Origin: Epithemia pelagica
Taxonomy: Eukaryota; Protista; Bacillariophyta
Direction: 5' to 3'
Assembly: GCA_946965045.2 (NCBI GenBank)
Contig: OX337239.1
Span: forward strand, 1,302,001 to 1,366,000
Length of the DNA stretch: 64,000 nucleotides
Positions 1 to 11,217 of the stretch are shown in pieces. The position numbers were made by a program, and so were the translations under genes. The stretch's first letter is position 1; the number at the start of each line of letters is the position of its first letter. The notes under the pieces were generated by a model, which made no database searches, was not told where the DNA came from, and worked only from the letters and a program-made list of their open reading frames with translations.

Positions 1-2175
1 TTGTGTTTTCTCTTCTACCATTGGTTGTTGCTCTTCGTGAACCACTGGAACGACGGAAGATCCCCGAGCCGACGACGATAAGATTTGTTGGACCAAATGC
101 GGTTTTTGTTGGACAATTTGAGCAATGTGGGGTGGCATGTTGGCCACAAAATCGGGTGGCAACGACCACATGCTACTGGTTTCGGGCACGGAGGCAGCTG
201 GAGAAGGAGATTTGGCTTCTGTACCTCGATGCTGGATTCGAACATAGTGTGGTTCTTGTTGTCGTCCTTTGGATTGCTGCCATGACGGTGTGGCGCTGGC
301 GTGCATCATTCCCGGAACGTGTGATTGTGGACCAGTTTGCTGCATTGTACTCGTGGCAATCGCCGGCTGGCCATTGTTCAGGCTGTTTGTGTTGGTCGCG
401 AACGTTGGTAATTCCATCCCAAATCGATCATTCATCCGTTGATTGATTTGATTGTAGTAAGAACGATGATGAGAGCCAAATGTTTCTGGTGATTGACCCG
501 ATGATGTCCTTGTTGAGCCAGCAGCAGTTGCGAGAGGATGCTCCGTCGCTGTGTCGACGAAATTTGAGCCGGCATTGATTCCGTGGGGTTCTGGGAACGA
601 GGATACATCCATAGGCGTCAGAGCTGGAGTCGTGGTAGAAGTCGCAGCAGCAGGGGTGGTGGCGACTCCGTTGTCATCCTTGTGTGATGTACTTCCCTCA
701 TGACTGGTCGATGGATACCGTTGTTCCAAATGCTTATGAATCCATTCTTGTACTAGCAATACTTGCCCATAGGGCAAGCACGTGGCTTGTCGAATTTCGG
801 CCGCTGATGCTCGATTGAGTTGCCAACATGTGACTTCTTCCGGTCCCAAATACGACACGAGTTGGTCGGCCATGTGCTTTTGATCTTCTATGCGCGCCAT
901 TTGGTACAACCAGTCCATGGACTCGGCTGGTGACCACTGCCGCCACCGAGACAAGAATACTGGATCCTGCCACCACACCACTGCACCAGCCGAGGTGGAG
1001 CTAGGATAGAAGTTGCCCATTGCATCTCTTGTGGCTGCGTCGTTCTCTTCTTGTCGTAGCGGTTCGAGTTCGTGTGATTCATTGTAGGAGCAATAGGAGT
1101 CTGTCAATGATGCATTGTAGGAATAAGAAGACGAAGATCCACGCAGTCCCAACCAGGCCCACCACGACCTCCTCGTGCTACCACCACCAACACCACGAAC
1201 CTGTTGGGCTGTGGCACTGGTGCCAATTTCGTCGCCTCTGCTGCTACTGCTAGGAGTATGTTGCCACACACTGTACACCAAATTCGTACATTGACGTGTG
1301 TGGCTACTGTGAATCACGGGTGACGAAGCGTCCTCGGCCGGGTTCTGATGGGAATGGAAACCCCAATTGTTCCATCCCCGTGTTGTGGTCTCGTTCCAGG
1401 CCAGGTAGGTAAAGGTTGTACAGGCCACCAAGACTGATGTTGTCGTCGAAACGAGGATCCACCAGGCGCCGGCGTGAGTCGCCGATGGAGACGATGAGCC
1501 AGTCCATATCAACAAACAGGCCAATAAAAGTTCCTGTACTAGCATCCCCACAAAACAACTAGGCACGGCCAAATCCAACGGCCCCAACAAAATGGTTCCC
1601 ACCATCCATGCCCTTTGGGATTGTCGACTATTAGTATCAGAAGGCTTTGCTTTTGCATCGGAGACTGGTCCCAAATTGTTCGTTCGTGCAAGTCTTCCTC
1701 CTGTTCTGAACAATGCTCCATGACCATCATCATCGTCCTGGTTTCCTTGTTGCTGTTGAGTGCTTAGTTGAGTGACAAAATAATGAGCCGTTACGGTGTA
1801 GGCCAAGGACGCCAAAAAGAGTGCGTGCGCAAACAACAAGGAAACATGGCTAGCGTTGACAAACGACACGTCCGCCAATATCGTTGAAGTGGTACTTGCG
1901 GTCGATTGCGAAAGACTCAACGAAGACGATGGAAGGGACATGGTCAACCAGAGTAAAGCAATCCATTGCATCCGCTCTTGTGGAGTGGTTGTTGCAATGG
2001 TTCGTATAGTTCTTCTAGGGCCTCCGGAAGTTGGTGTAGCAAAGGCCCGTGTTGTGGTTGGTGCTGCCTCTTCTTTCCATCCACAATGCAACAAACATGC
2101 CGCCGATGTCACACATACCATGGGAATGCGCATCCCCATCCACCATCCGAAACTTTCCCAGACTGATGTGGCCAT
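1..2175 (-). CDS. Uncharacterised protein (>=725 aa, 3' end outside window) with hydrophobic N-terminal segments and a SAM-domain-like central motif
   Basis: Manual translation gives an uninterrupted minus-strand frame from ATG at 2175 to position 1. It is absent from the ORF track because there is no stop in the window. It contains hydrophobic stretches (MQWIALLWLTM, HVSLLFAHALFLASLAYTVTAHYF, LLACLLIWTG) and WSPAESMDWL...LVSYLGPEEVTCWQLNRASAAEIRQATCLPYGQVLLVQEWI, which resembles a SAM domain (inference). Confidence 0.55.
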   Translation of the reverse strand, partial: MATSVWESFGWWMGMRIPMVCVTSAACLLHCGWKEEAAPTTTRAFATPTSGGPRRTIRTIATTTPQERMQWIALLWLTMSLPSSSLSLSQSTASTTSTILADVSFVNASHVSLLFAHALFLASLAYTVTAHYFVTQLSTQQQQGNQDDDDGHGALFRTGGRLARTNNLGPVSDAKAKPSDTNSRQSQRAWMVGTILLGPLDLAVPSCFVGMLVQELLLACLLIWTGSSSPSATHAGAWWILVSTTTSVLVACTTFTYLAWNETTTRGWNNWGFHSHQNPAEDASSPVIHSSHTRQCTNLVYSVWQHTPSSSSRGDEIGTSATAQQVRGVGGGSTRRSWWAWLGLRGSSSSYSYNASLTDSYCSYNESHELEPLRQEENDAATRDAMGNFYPSSTSAGAVVWWQDPVFLSRWRQWSPAESMDWLYQMARIEDQKHMADQLVSYLGPEEVTCWQLNRASAAEIRQATCLPYGQVLLVQEWIHKHLEQRYPSTSHEGSTSHKDDNGVATTPAAATSTTTPALTPMDVSSFPEPHGINAGSNFVDTATEHPLATAAGSTRTSSGQSPETFGSHHRSYYNQINQRMNDRFGMELPTFATNTNSLNNGQPAIATSTMQQTGPQSHVPGMMHASATPSWQQSKGRQQEPHYVRIQHRGTEAKSPSPAASVPETSSMWSLPPDFVANMPPHIAQIVQQKPHLVQQILSSSARGSSVVPVVHEEQQPMVEEKTQ

Positions 2176-2985
2176 GTTTATAGTTTCTTGTGTTGTGAGT
2201 TGGACTGGGAGATTGCCAAATCAATCCAACCAACAACGATTCCAAGCGACCTGTTGTGGGGATTCGATTCTTCTTGGTCTCGTGTCTCTCTCAACGTATG
2301 CTTGTACACTGGCGGTTTGATTTCCTTGTGTTTTCTCTGGCCTTTTCTCGCAGCGACCGTGGTTCTTCGTTCAGTGTCCTTTACGCCAGGGAGAAGTTTT
2401 GCAGGAATGTGCTCCTGCGACCCAAACTTTTATAGCTGTCGTCGTGGTAATGGCGGCAACCGACGAAGGGTGAGAGAAAACCAAGCAGCAACAAACGTCC
2501 TTCTTGGATTGATCAAGACCCTTAGTCTTAGTTGTCTCTTCCGTGTTTGCGTTTTCTGGAAAGGAAGAGAGAAAGATCTCGCAGTATGGGTCCACTATAT
2601 TCTACAAAAATGACAGCTAAATATATATTGTCTCATCGTTCCATTCGTGCTCGGTTCACCACAGACGACGCAAAGAGAATCTTTTCGACGGTGAGTCGCT
2701 CCTAATTCGCGAATATTTGGGCATCCGAAGACGGCACAACTGCCTTCGCCGAAGACCGAATAAGATCCACGGTCTCATTCATTCATTCATTCACCTCGAT
2801 AGCGGTTGAAATGGAAGATACAACGTCCTGGTCCCAAACCTAGTAGCGTCTGTTTCTTCTTGGGATTGTGATGGTTGCTCATTGACGTGCTCCTACGATT
2901 TGAGAGACGGGACACGAAGTACAGCACTCGGTTGTCCACTGCTTTCAGAAGCTTCGGACGAGGGAGAATGGACCACATGACCCGC

Positions 2986-3351
2986 TTATTGTTGCCAGGT
3001 CGGACGTCCCGGAATCAATTTGGATGGAGCCTCGTTGTTGTTGTTGTTGGTGGTGGTGGAAGCCATGGCGCAAGTGGTTTCCTGGAACGGATATCGTCGT
3101 ACGGCGGAGTTCCAGCCGTCACGGTCGTAGTAAGAATAGGGGCCTGCGGTGCTTATACTTGTTCTCGGCGTCGTACTAGGACGAATCGAAAAGGCACTGG
3201 TGGTGGTTGTCGTGGAAGCAAGGGCTGCCGTCGTTGCGGCAATCACCAATGAACGACGAATGGATCGCTTGGGTGTTGTGGACGATGGAGTCCAACGAGG
3301 ATGTTGATGATGATGACGACGACGAGCCACTCCTCCGACCAGGCTCACCAT
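2986..3351 (-). pseudogene. Possible 5' relic of a plastid-targeted glyoxalase I-like gene
   Basis: The ORF has a Thr/Ser-rich presequence with 'SAF' and ends LIPGRPTWQQ*, which resembles the start of the glyoxalase I 'QQTMLR' motif. No continuation was found in any frame. Confidence 0.22.
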
Positions 3352-3846
3352 CTATTTATAGAGAGGAAACAAGAGAAAGATTCGACAGCGGCAACCACAA
3401 ACGCAAGAGCAAAGAGGAACGAGTCTTCTTCTTCTTTGGATGAGTGGGATAGAGGTGGTGTCGTCATCGCAAAGAAAAGATACGGACGATCTTTGAGTTT
3501 GGATGCTTTGTACTTTGGATCCTATAGTCCTACTCTGGAAGGCCGATGCGCGACTTCACGGCGAGCGAACTCTATTAAGGCTATAACATCACCACAGCAG
3601 CCGGAAAACACATCCAAATCACCTAAACATCCAGTTATGGAATACAATATACCTACTAGGGATTTCGTCCGGCCACATACCAACCCTTTAACCTCTGTGG
3701 TGCACTGTGGTGGTGTATGGCAGAGGAATGATGACTAACTATCTGCTCTATACTGATGCAAGGATCTATTTTAGTGTAGGTGAGTGAGTGCCGAAGAAAC
3801 ATCCACATTCCACATTGCGCACAGGGACAGTGGTACATTCCTTGAT

Positions 3847-5083
3847 TTACCCGTTTGAATGCCAAGTATTGCGGCATGTATTGGTCTTTGCTTTCTTCCG
3901 AGCTGGCGTCGAAGAGTCACCGGATGTACCAATACCATTGACATTTTGGATAGCTTTCATTGCTACCAGCTGACGAGACCATCCCATTGGTTGCTCACAG
4001 AGTCGACGAAAGCACCATGAATTCTCGTCCATCAACCCTAATGTCCCACATGCATCATGACCATCTTCATCTCCACCAATCACAGCAATTTGATTGGTGG
4101 CAAGAGCCACTAAAGTGAATCCATCACGAGGCCCTAGGAAGGATGGAAGAATCGACACACGGTTGCGGTGCGTATTCAAAACTTCCACGTTTCCCCTCGC
4201 ATCCGCCACAACAATACAGGATCCCACAACAACCGCTGAACGGCAAGTGGAATGGAAAGTCTCAAATCAAAATGAGTCGTCCAAGTGGACGTGGGTGAAA
4301 TGACTGGTGGAGAGGCAGTCTCCTCCGTTGTCTTGGCCATCTCACCAGGCTTGGCAAAATCCCAGTACTCCACGTGTGGAGCGCCTCCAACGACGGATGC
4401 GGTGGCTCATGACTGCACCGAAACACATTAATCGAGGAAAGGCCATGGATGGTCCCTCCATGACTGTATGGTTACTGGTATCTAGAATTTCAACTGAGGA
4501 CAAACTCGACAGCGAGTCTTGTTGTTGTTGTTCTCGCTTCCATCCACCCGCAACGACAATGTAACGATCATGAACCGCAACCGCACAACATGCCATTCGT
4601 GCCGTCGCGAGTTCACAGTCCAATGCCTCACATGTATGCTGCTGCTGGTGCGTGTTGTCAAGGATGATGACCACTGCAGTAAATCACTGGCATCCATTCG
4701 TTCGATACAGTTGAAATAACGACCATTGCGTCCTCCCAGTACTTACACCGATCCATTGCACAGAACAGCGACATGTCCCCGACGCCTCTGATTCAGGGGT
4801 GGCCCTTCTCGCCACTGCAGGTTATGGAGATTCAATAAGAGTACGGAATTCGTGACGCCTTGGTCTTGTTGAAATCCCCCATAAGGACGACCGTTTGGGT
4901 CTTGTCGTCGTTGCCATGGTTGTAGTTGTTGTTGTCCGGATCGATATGATTGAGTACGACCGAAGCATGCTGGATACGACATCCTCCCAGGAGAGGAGCC
5001 CGGTTGCTTGTATTCCATTGTGGGTCTTGGTCCAAAAGGACAAGGTCCGACTGCCATGCTTGCTCTTGCGGTGTCATTGTCAT
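3847..5083 (-). pseudogene. Kelch-repeat protein pseudogene
   Basis: Kelch blades are split across frames: RIQHASVVL..VVLMG|GFQQDQGVTNSV..WREGPPLNQRRRGHVAVLCNGSV*VLGG, then ARMACCAVAVHDRYIVVAGG..VMEGPSMAFPR, then RDGFTLVALATNQIAVIGG. There is an in-frame TAA at 4743-4745 and several frameshifts. Confidence 0.75.
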
Positions 5084-5293
5084 GTGGTTCCTGAAAGCCT
5101 TTCCGACTTCGCTTTCCGTCGGTGTTCAAATTCTGCTTGCTTGCATAGATCGCAATTACTTCCATCTCACTGCAACTCCATGAAATGGATCAAGCACACG
5201 TCATGACTGTTCGGTAGCGAGATATTTTCTCAAACAATACCAGCACTGTATAGAGTGCAAGTACATAGACCATTCTCTCTACTATTCCACATG

Positions 5294-5495
5294 CGACACT
5301 ATTGTTGCTTTGACATTCGTATCCATGTCCAAACTGCAATCCTCCCATTTCAACAATGCCATGAAGAGCCACTATTCGCATTGCCTTTTGTTCGACTCAA
5401 AGGGCGGACAAACGCAGCTATGGAGAAAGAAGAAAACAGTCACGTTTGACACGCACAAGAGATCTTCTTTCTTTCGGGACGATCATCGCCATGAG
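5294..5495. repeat. Diverged direct repeat, copy 1 (copy 2 at 7086-7229)
   Basis: Shared blocks CGACACTATTGTTG(C/T)TTTGACATTCGTATCCATGTCCAAAC and AGAAGAAAACAGTCACGTTTGACACGCA..TCTTCTTTCTTTCGGGACG. Copy 1 has about 58 extra internal bases. Confidence 0.85.
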
Positions 5496-6616
5496 CACTT
5501 CGACGGCGGCCAATCGTTCCGGAACATTTTGTCCAATCGTCGTCGTAGGAGAATGAATGGTGGTGGTGGCGACACGTGATGGTGTGGATTGTGGATGGTC
5601 GTGTGGCGGTGGTGGTATAGAGGTTAAAATTGTTTGCTGCTAGCTTCAGCAAGGGGGCATAGCCACAGCATGTTGGAGATCGGGCGATCTGTCTCATTCT
5701 CGTTTTCACTTGCGTACTGCTTCTGTTCTGAAACTTGCTCTCGTCCATGTTCTGGAAAAGGAGAGGCAACGTCTCGAGTTGCCGATCCAAGATCATTCGT
5801 TCCAGGGTCGGTTGTGTGTGTGGTCATCGTCGTCTTCGTGGATTGTTGCTTTCGTCAAGCGCCGACTCGCCGCACCTCCATTGCCGTGCCGACGGCCAAC
5901 ACACGCGAACCGGCATCATCTACTCTACTTTTTTGTTGTCGTAGGTCGTAGGCGAAAGTGTCCTCCGAGTGCTCGAACGCTCAAAACAAAAAACCTGTTG
6001 TTGAAAACCCTGTTGTTGCACTCGTGTCCAGATGGTGGGGACGAGTTACGAGTTTGGGGGCTCCTCTGATTAGCCTCTGGGGTGTGCCATAGTGCCTGAT
6101 AGGCGTCCAGTGACGTCCTGTCGCCTCACCCGTTCATTGTACAGCCGCGTTGACGTCGCGAGCGGGCTTTCCACCAAGAGCTGTACGCACTAGGCTATGT
6201 TCTAGGTTCTAGTTCCGAGTTGTCGTGGTGGCTTGGGGTTAGACTTCTTCTATTGTCCACCGTTTAAACCTATTACGACCCATGTTACCAAGTTGATCTG
6301 GTTGATCTGTGGATATCAACATTGGAAAACTAGATACGATACAATGTTGGTCTAAGATGCGAAGCAACCGAGCAACAACATGCCAAGTGTAATCGAGCAA
6401 GGAGGGTGTCATGATGATATCGAAAGGTTTTAACAAGACTTCAAGTCTTTTGCTCCTGGGTTCCAATCCAGAAACCTCCAAGGCACAAAAGACAAAGAAA
6501 CCAATGCGCCAGTACCACCAACCGACGGGAGAGCACTCTAGCGATTCACACACGTGTGGCAAGAACGGGAAACCCAATCGATTGCACGCGGCCCTTGTCG
6601 ATTCCTAGGTAGAGAA

Positions 6617-6680
6617 ATGGCGTTACCTGTCTCGATTCTATTTTTGGGATGGCGTTACCTGTCTCGATTCTATTTTTGGG
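6617..6680. repeat. Perfect 32-bp tandem duplication
   Basis: ATGGCGTTACCTGTCTCGATTCTATTTTTGGG x2 (6617-6648, 6649-6680). Confidence 0.95.
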
Positions 6681-7085
6681 GTCCTCCTCTCGTTTGTTCC
6701 AGGAACTTTCGCGCAATCTCATCCACTCCAGTAGGAGGATTCATTGGGGCCGTGTGATGGAGAGAGAAAATGTCTCTCGAATCATCGCTCCAGAGTTCCC
6801 ATCCAAACGCAAAAAAAAGGCAAATTCGAGAGAGGATTGGCTGCCCACGAGCCTCACACACAAGTTGGCAGAACGCACGGCCACAAGGGATCGATCCAAG
6901 GAGGGATTGGCACCAGGAGCGTCACGGAACGAGTGGTGTACCGGTCTCTATACCGTGTTGCCGTGTATATTGATGGACGACCGTGTGGTGGCCTGTTCCC
7001 GTGTGTCTTGTGTACGATTCGAGTGCCGTGCGAGAATCGCCAGGCGATCCTTTCGTGTGGGAGTGGTGGTTGTTCTTGTCATTTT

Positions 7086-7229
7086 CGACACTATTGTTGT
7101 TTTGACATTCGTATCCATGTCCAAACCGCAACCCTCCCACAATACCATGAAGAGCAGAGACAGAAGAAAACAGTCACGTTTGACACGCAAAAGACATCTT
7201 CTTTCTTTCGGGACGGTCATGGCCATGAG
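7086..7229. repeat. Diverged direct repeat, copy 2 (copy 1 at 5294-5495)
   Basis: Same shared blocks as copy 1. Confidence 0.85.
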
Positions 7230-7375
7230 AAGAGTGCATTGCAGTCGATCTATTAGGACTTGTGTATGTGAACACACCTCAAAACTTTTTATACAGCGAA
7301 GGAGGGTAGAGGACGGAGACACGTATTACAGTGTGATGAGTGGTTGGGTCGATCGGTACTTGTCCACACAAAGTA

Positions 7376-7830
7376 TTAGCAATCCAACACTCCAGCAAAG
7401 GCACGATGAATGGCCGCCAGAGGCGACGACGACAAAGAATGAGAATGACTCATGCCTCCCGTATGAGGTGGTAGTACTAGTGATTGGTCCTGGTCATGAT
7501 GGTCGTCCGTCGGGTTCTCGTCGGACAGGACATTGGGTGTTTGCGCGGCCAGTTTCCAATCGTCAGTGTCCATGCGTCGCAACCGTGCCACAATACGGCT
7601 CAATCGTTCCATGGCAATGTCCAACACATCAGGTGATACCCATGCATAGCAAATGCGAAACATGCCGGGTTCGAAGCTGCGTTGACTGGCACCGGGCGTC
7701 AAGACAACGCGGGCATGATGAAACAAAATGGTGGCAAAGATTTCTTCCCATTCAAACGTCTTTTGCGGCAATAACGGCATACCGAACCCACTAGCTTGCT
7801 CTCACGTCGTTTGCTTGTATAGCTATACAT
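7376..7830 (-). pseudogene. C-terminal relic of a class I/II PLP aminotransferase (ACC-synthase-like)
   Basis: PLLPQKTFEWEEIF..ARVVLTPGASQRSFEPGMFRICYAWVSPDVLDIAMERL matches the ACC-synthase-family C-terminus (SPG..EPGWFR.CFA..L..A..R). An in-frame TGA lies just upstream and the N-terminal PLP-lysine region is absent. Confidence 0.6.
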
Positions 7831-7926
7831 GTTGCAAACGGAGCATTTGGTGAATCGTTCGAGCCGGCAAGGTAGCGACATCTCCAGCATGTGCTACTGG
7901 CAATGTCTCAGTACATCGTGTCAAGT

Positions 7927-10267
7927 TCAAGTCTCAGTGCTCTCGGTATCCAATTGTTCCAAGTCCTTCATTAAATCTCGAATTTGCACCGAGGATCGTC
8001 GATCAGCTGAAAAGACAGTGGATCGAAGGACGCGCCAATAATTCTTGTTGCGTTTGGAGCTATCGCGTTTCTCAATGAAGTACGTTTCCATTTCTCCAAT
8101 CCCCTTCACATGGACCTTTCCACGTCGTTGAAACGAAAATTCCAGACCCAAGGACAAGGAGTCTACGACGGCCTTGGTGACATGAACCTTGCCGGGTACA
8201 CCTGTCGATTCCATGCGACTGGCGACATTTACAGTATCCCCCCATACATCGTACAGCAATCGCTTTGTTCCAACTACACCAGCAACGACGGGTCCTGTAT
8301 TGACACCAATGCGCATATTCAACAACACGGGTGGTGAAGTTCCTTCTTCTCCTTGTTGTCGGTGTTGTTGCTGTAGCTGTTGTTGTTCTTGATTGTAGTC
8401 CTGGATACATTGAATCATATCCATAGCGAAATGACAGACAGCGGCGCACTTGTAGGTGGGAGAGTGGTCCGATCCTCCTGGAATACATGTGACCATGTAG
8501 CAATCCCCAATGGTTTTGATCTTGTTGAGTCTATAGCGGTCCAGGTACTCATCAAAACGAGAAAAAATGTCATTGAGCATTGTCACAACTTGTTGCGGTG
8601 ACAGAGCGTTGCTAAGTTTGGTAAAGCCGACAATATCAGCAAACAGTACAGTAGCTTGGGTGTAATGATCGGCAATATGCTGTTGAGAAATGGGTTTGTT
8701 TTGGAGGCGTTGAGCAATTTCGGCAGGGAGGATGTTCCACAGAAGATCTTGCGCCGCTTGTTTTTCTACTGCCAACTGCAATGCCTGTTCTTCCACCGAC
8801 GTATCTTGAATAAAACCAATCAACCAATCGCAGTGTGGTAATTTGCGGACCCCCACTCGACAAGGAAATTCGGTACCATCCTTGCGAGGACCAATCACGT
8901 GGCGTTTCCGGCCCTGGTATGAATCAAGAATAGAAAACAACAAGAAGCAACCACAAACGATGGAAAAATATGTAACGGAATGTCAGAATGAGACTCGGGT
9001 GTACACGATGGATTTGTTTTGGTTCGTTCACGACAGTATTTATTAGCGAACGAGACTCGGGTGTACACAATAGATTTGTTGTGGTTCGTTCACGACAGTA
9101 TATATTAGCGAACGCGTGACGAGCAGGCCGAAGTGTCTCTTGTAGCTCAACTCTCTGTTGCACAGTCATACGTACCACGACAGGTGAAATGCCTCCTCGC
9201 GCGTGAAACTTTTTCATGTACTGGATGTGCCGGTCTCCGGTATGTTGAGATCCACCGACCAATTGAGCAACATTGATCCCCACTGCTGCTTCAGGAGAGT
9301 CAAATTGAAATATTTGGCACATGGCTGGATTCGCCATGAGGATTTCACCCAATCCATCCGTGACCAAAATGGCATCAAAGCTAGCCTCCATAATGGAATG
9401 ATACAACAACGCCAACTCGTTATTGTCATTGGCGTTTTGGTGCTGTGCCTGTTGTGATGGCTGCAATGGAGGTTGATCCGTTTGGCACTGTGAGGTTTGC
9501 TGTTGTTGGAGTGGCTCTTGGCTTCCACAAGGCGCCCTTGTTGCAGTGGTGGTGGATGGCATTTGCGAGTTGGTCTCTTCCACACGAAAGACAAGGATAT
9601 GGTAATCGGAGAGCAACGATTTTGTCGTGTTGCTCTTTTGATGATCCTTTGCAGGACATGACATGGGTTGAATGCGGTATGTCAAAGTCAGGTGACGACC
9701 GTCTCTTGTTCGGCCATGTACCGGCACCATTGGTATGGTAGATGATGACGAGTCCATTACTGATTGCTGTTTGAAAAGCAGACGTTGAAGCAACGACGTT
9801 TGCGGTGGTGGCGGACAGTCATCTTCTGGTAAGGCGAGAAAAGATGACAGAGTGTGGCCCTTTAAACTTGTTTCTTTTTTAGGAGTACTAGGCTCCATCT
9901 TCTTTTCCTCGTGCTCTTCTTGTAGAATGTTATTTGTGTTCGTAGCGACACTGATATCTGGTAAAGGTTCCAGTGGCACCACTGCATCCTGACCAGCGAT
10001 ATCGCCATGATTATCAATAGAATATCTAAACAAGATATGGGCAGTTTGATTTACCAAGACGACTTGTTCGTTGGATGTTTGGACCAAGATCATGGCATCC
10101 AGACTAGCGTCCAAAATAGATGCGGCACACTGAACGAAAAGCATCGGGGACGACGATGAGATGGGCTCCTCATTAGGGGCTTGACCGTTATTGGCGGATC
10201 CACTCGACTCGATCAAGGAGGAAGAAGATGGCACTGTCATGGTGGCTCTGGTATCATCGAAAGACAA
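7927..10267 (-). CDS. Soluble PAS-PAS class III adenylate cyclase, apparently intact (about 692 aa, 2 exons: 10267-9176, 8913-7927)
   Basis: PAS motifs ILDASLDAMILV and IMEASFDAILVTD..RKDGTEFPC. Cyclase motifs LFADIVGFT, KIKTIGDCYMV and YDVWGDTVNVASRMES; the Lys and Asp specificity residues indicate ATP rather than GTP. A GT-AG phase-0 intron at 9175-8914 joins ISPVV|GRKRHV. Confidence 0.9.
8990..9113. repeat. 62-bp tandem duplication inside the cyclase intron
   Basis: GAGACTCGGGTGTACAC..GGTTCGTTCACGACAGTAT.TATTAGCGAAC at 8990 and 9052, with a few mismatches. Confidence 0.9.
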
Positions 10268-10451
10268 AGGGACTTAGAGAGGATCCATGAGCATGAGGAA
10301 GATTCATCGTGCACCGTTGGCTTGAATAAAAAAATCCGAATCCTTCCTACAGATGCGACTGGGAAAAACGCTGTACTTATGCGACCCACCAAACCTCATC
10401 GGACATTAGTCGCTCTATGTTATGCACGATTTTTAAGAAGTCCTCTAGCTA

Positions 10452-10937
10452 CCGTAAATGTTGGGTCTATTGCACCATTACTTTATTGCACCAAACGCAT
10501 GATTTAACTGCTAAAGGAGCCTGTCTGCCAGAAATTCGCCCGCCCTTCCCTCCAACAGAGCCCCACTTGCTCTAAGAGGTATATAAAGAAGAAATCATAG
10601 TTGTAGTGGAGAGCGTGGGGGGAGAGACCATGCCAAAAAATCCTTATCTTTCACGAACTGACTGCATACATTTCGACCTTATAAAACATTAGAAGGGTAG
10701 GTCCGATCTTAATGAAACGCAGTGATTCGGAAAGCGCGTGACGAGCTCTTTAAAATGATGGTCTCACCATCGGTCAATTCAATAGTGTTCTTGAGTTATT
10801 CTTTCAAGCAATTTCTGGAATTATTCTATTATAGATTCAAAAAATTAACCACCAATCCGTTGAGGCCTACTACTTGGGCCTATAGTAAAAAGCATCCGGT
10901 CAATCAACGGATGGTGCAATAGACCCAACATTTACGG
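10452..10937. mobile_element. MITE (Tc1/mariner-type, 486 bp, TA target duplication)
   Basis: Perfect 27-bp TIR CCGTAAATGTTGGGTCTATTGCACCAT (10452-10478 and its reverse complement at 10911-10937). TA on both sides (10450-51, 10938-39). Non-coding interior. Confidence 0.85.
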
Positions 10938-11217
10938 TAGGAGTACCACTCTATAATCTCTATCCGTGGAGATTGGTTACATTAAAAGATACTCCTAATT
11001 TGCTCTTTGGCACAAGCATATAACATGAAATTTGAACTACTGATAAAAAGAAACGTGAGGGTTCAATTTCGCTGCAAAGAAGAACCACTTGTCATCACGG
11101 GGTTGTCAACCTAAATAGTCTACAGCCCTTGAGACCTTGATGGAGTCAACCCACCCAATGCCTCACGGTGAAACCATCCACGCATAACCCATATCGTATG
11201 CCGCAATGTAAACGTTG

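Noticed and set aside
6649-7794. 381-aa plus-strand ORF
   Set aside because: No recognisable motif. It spans a duplicated block and is antisense to the aminotransferase relic.
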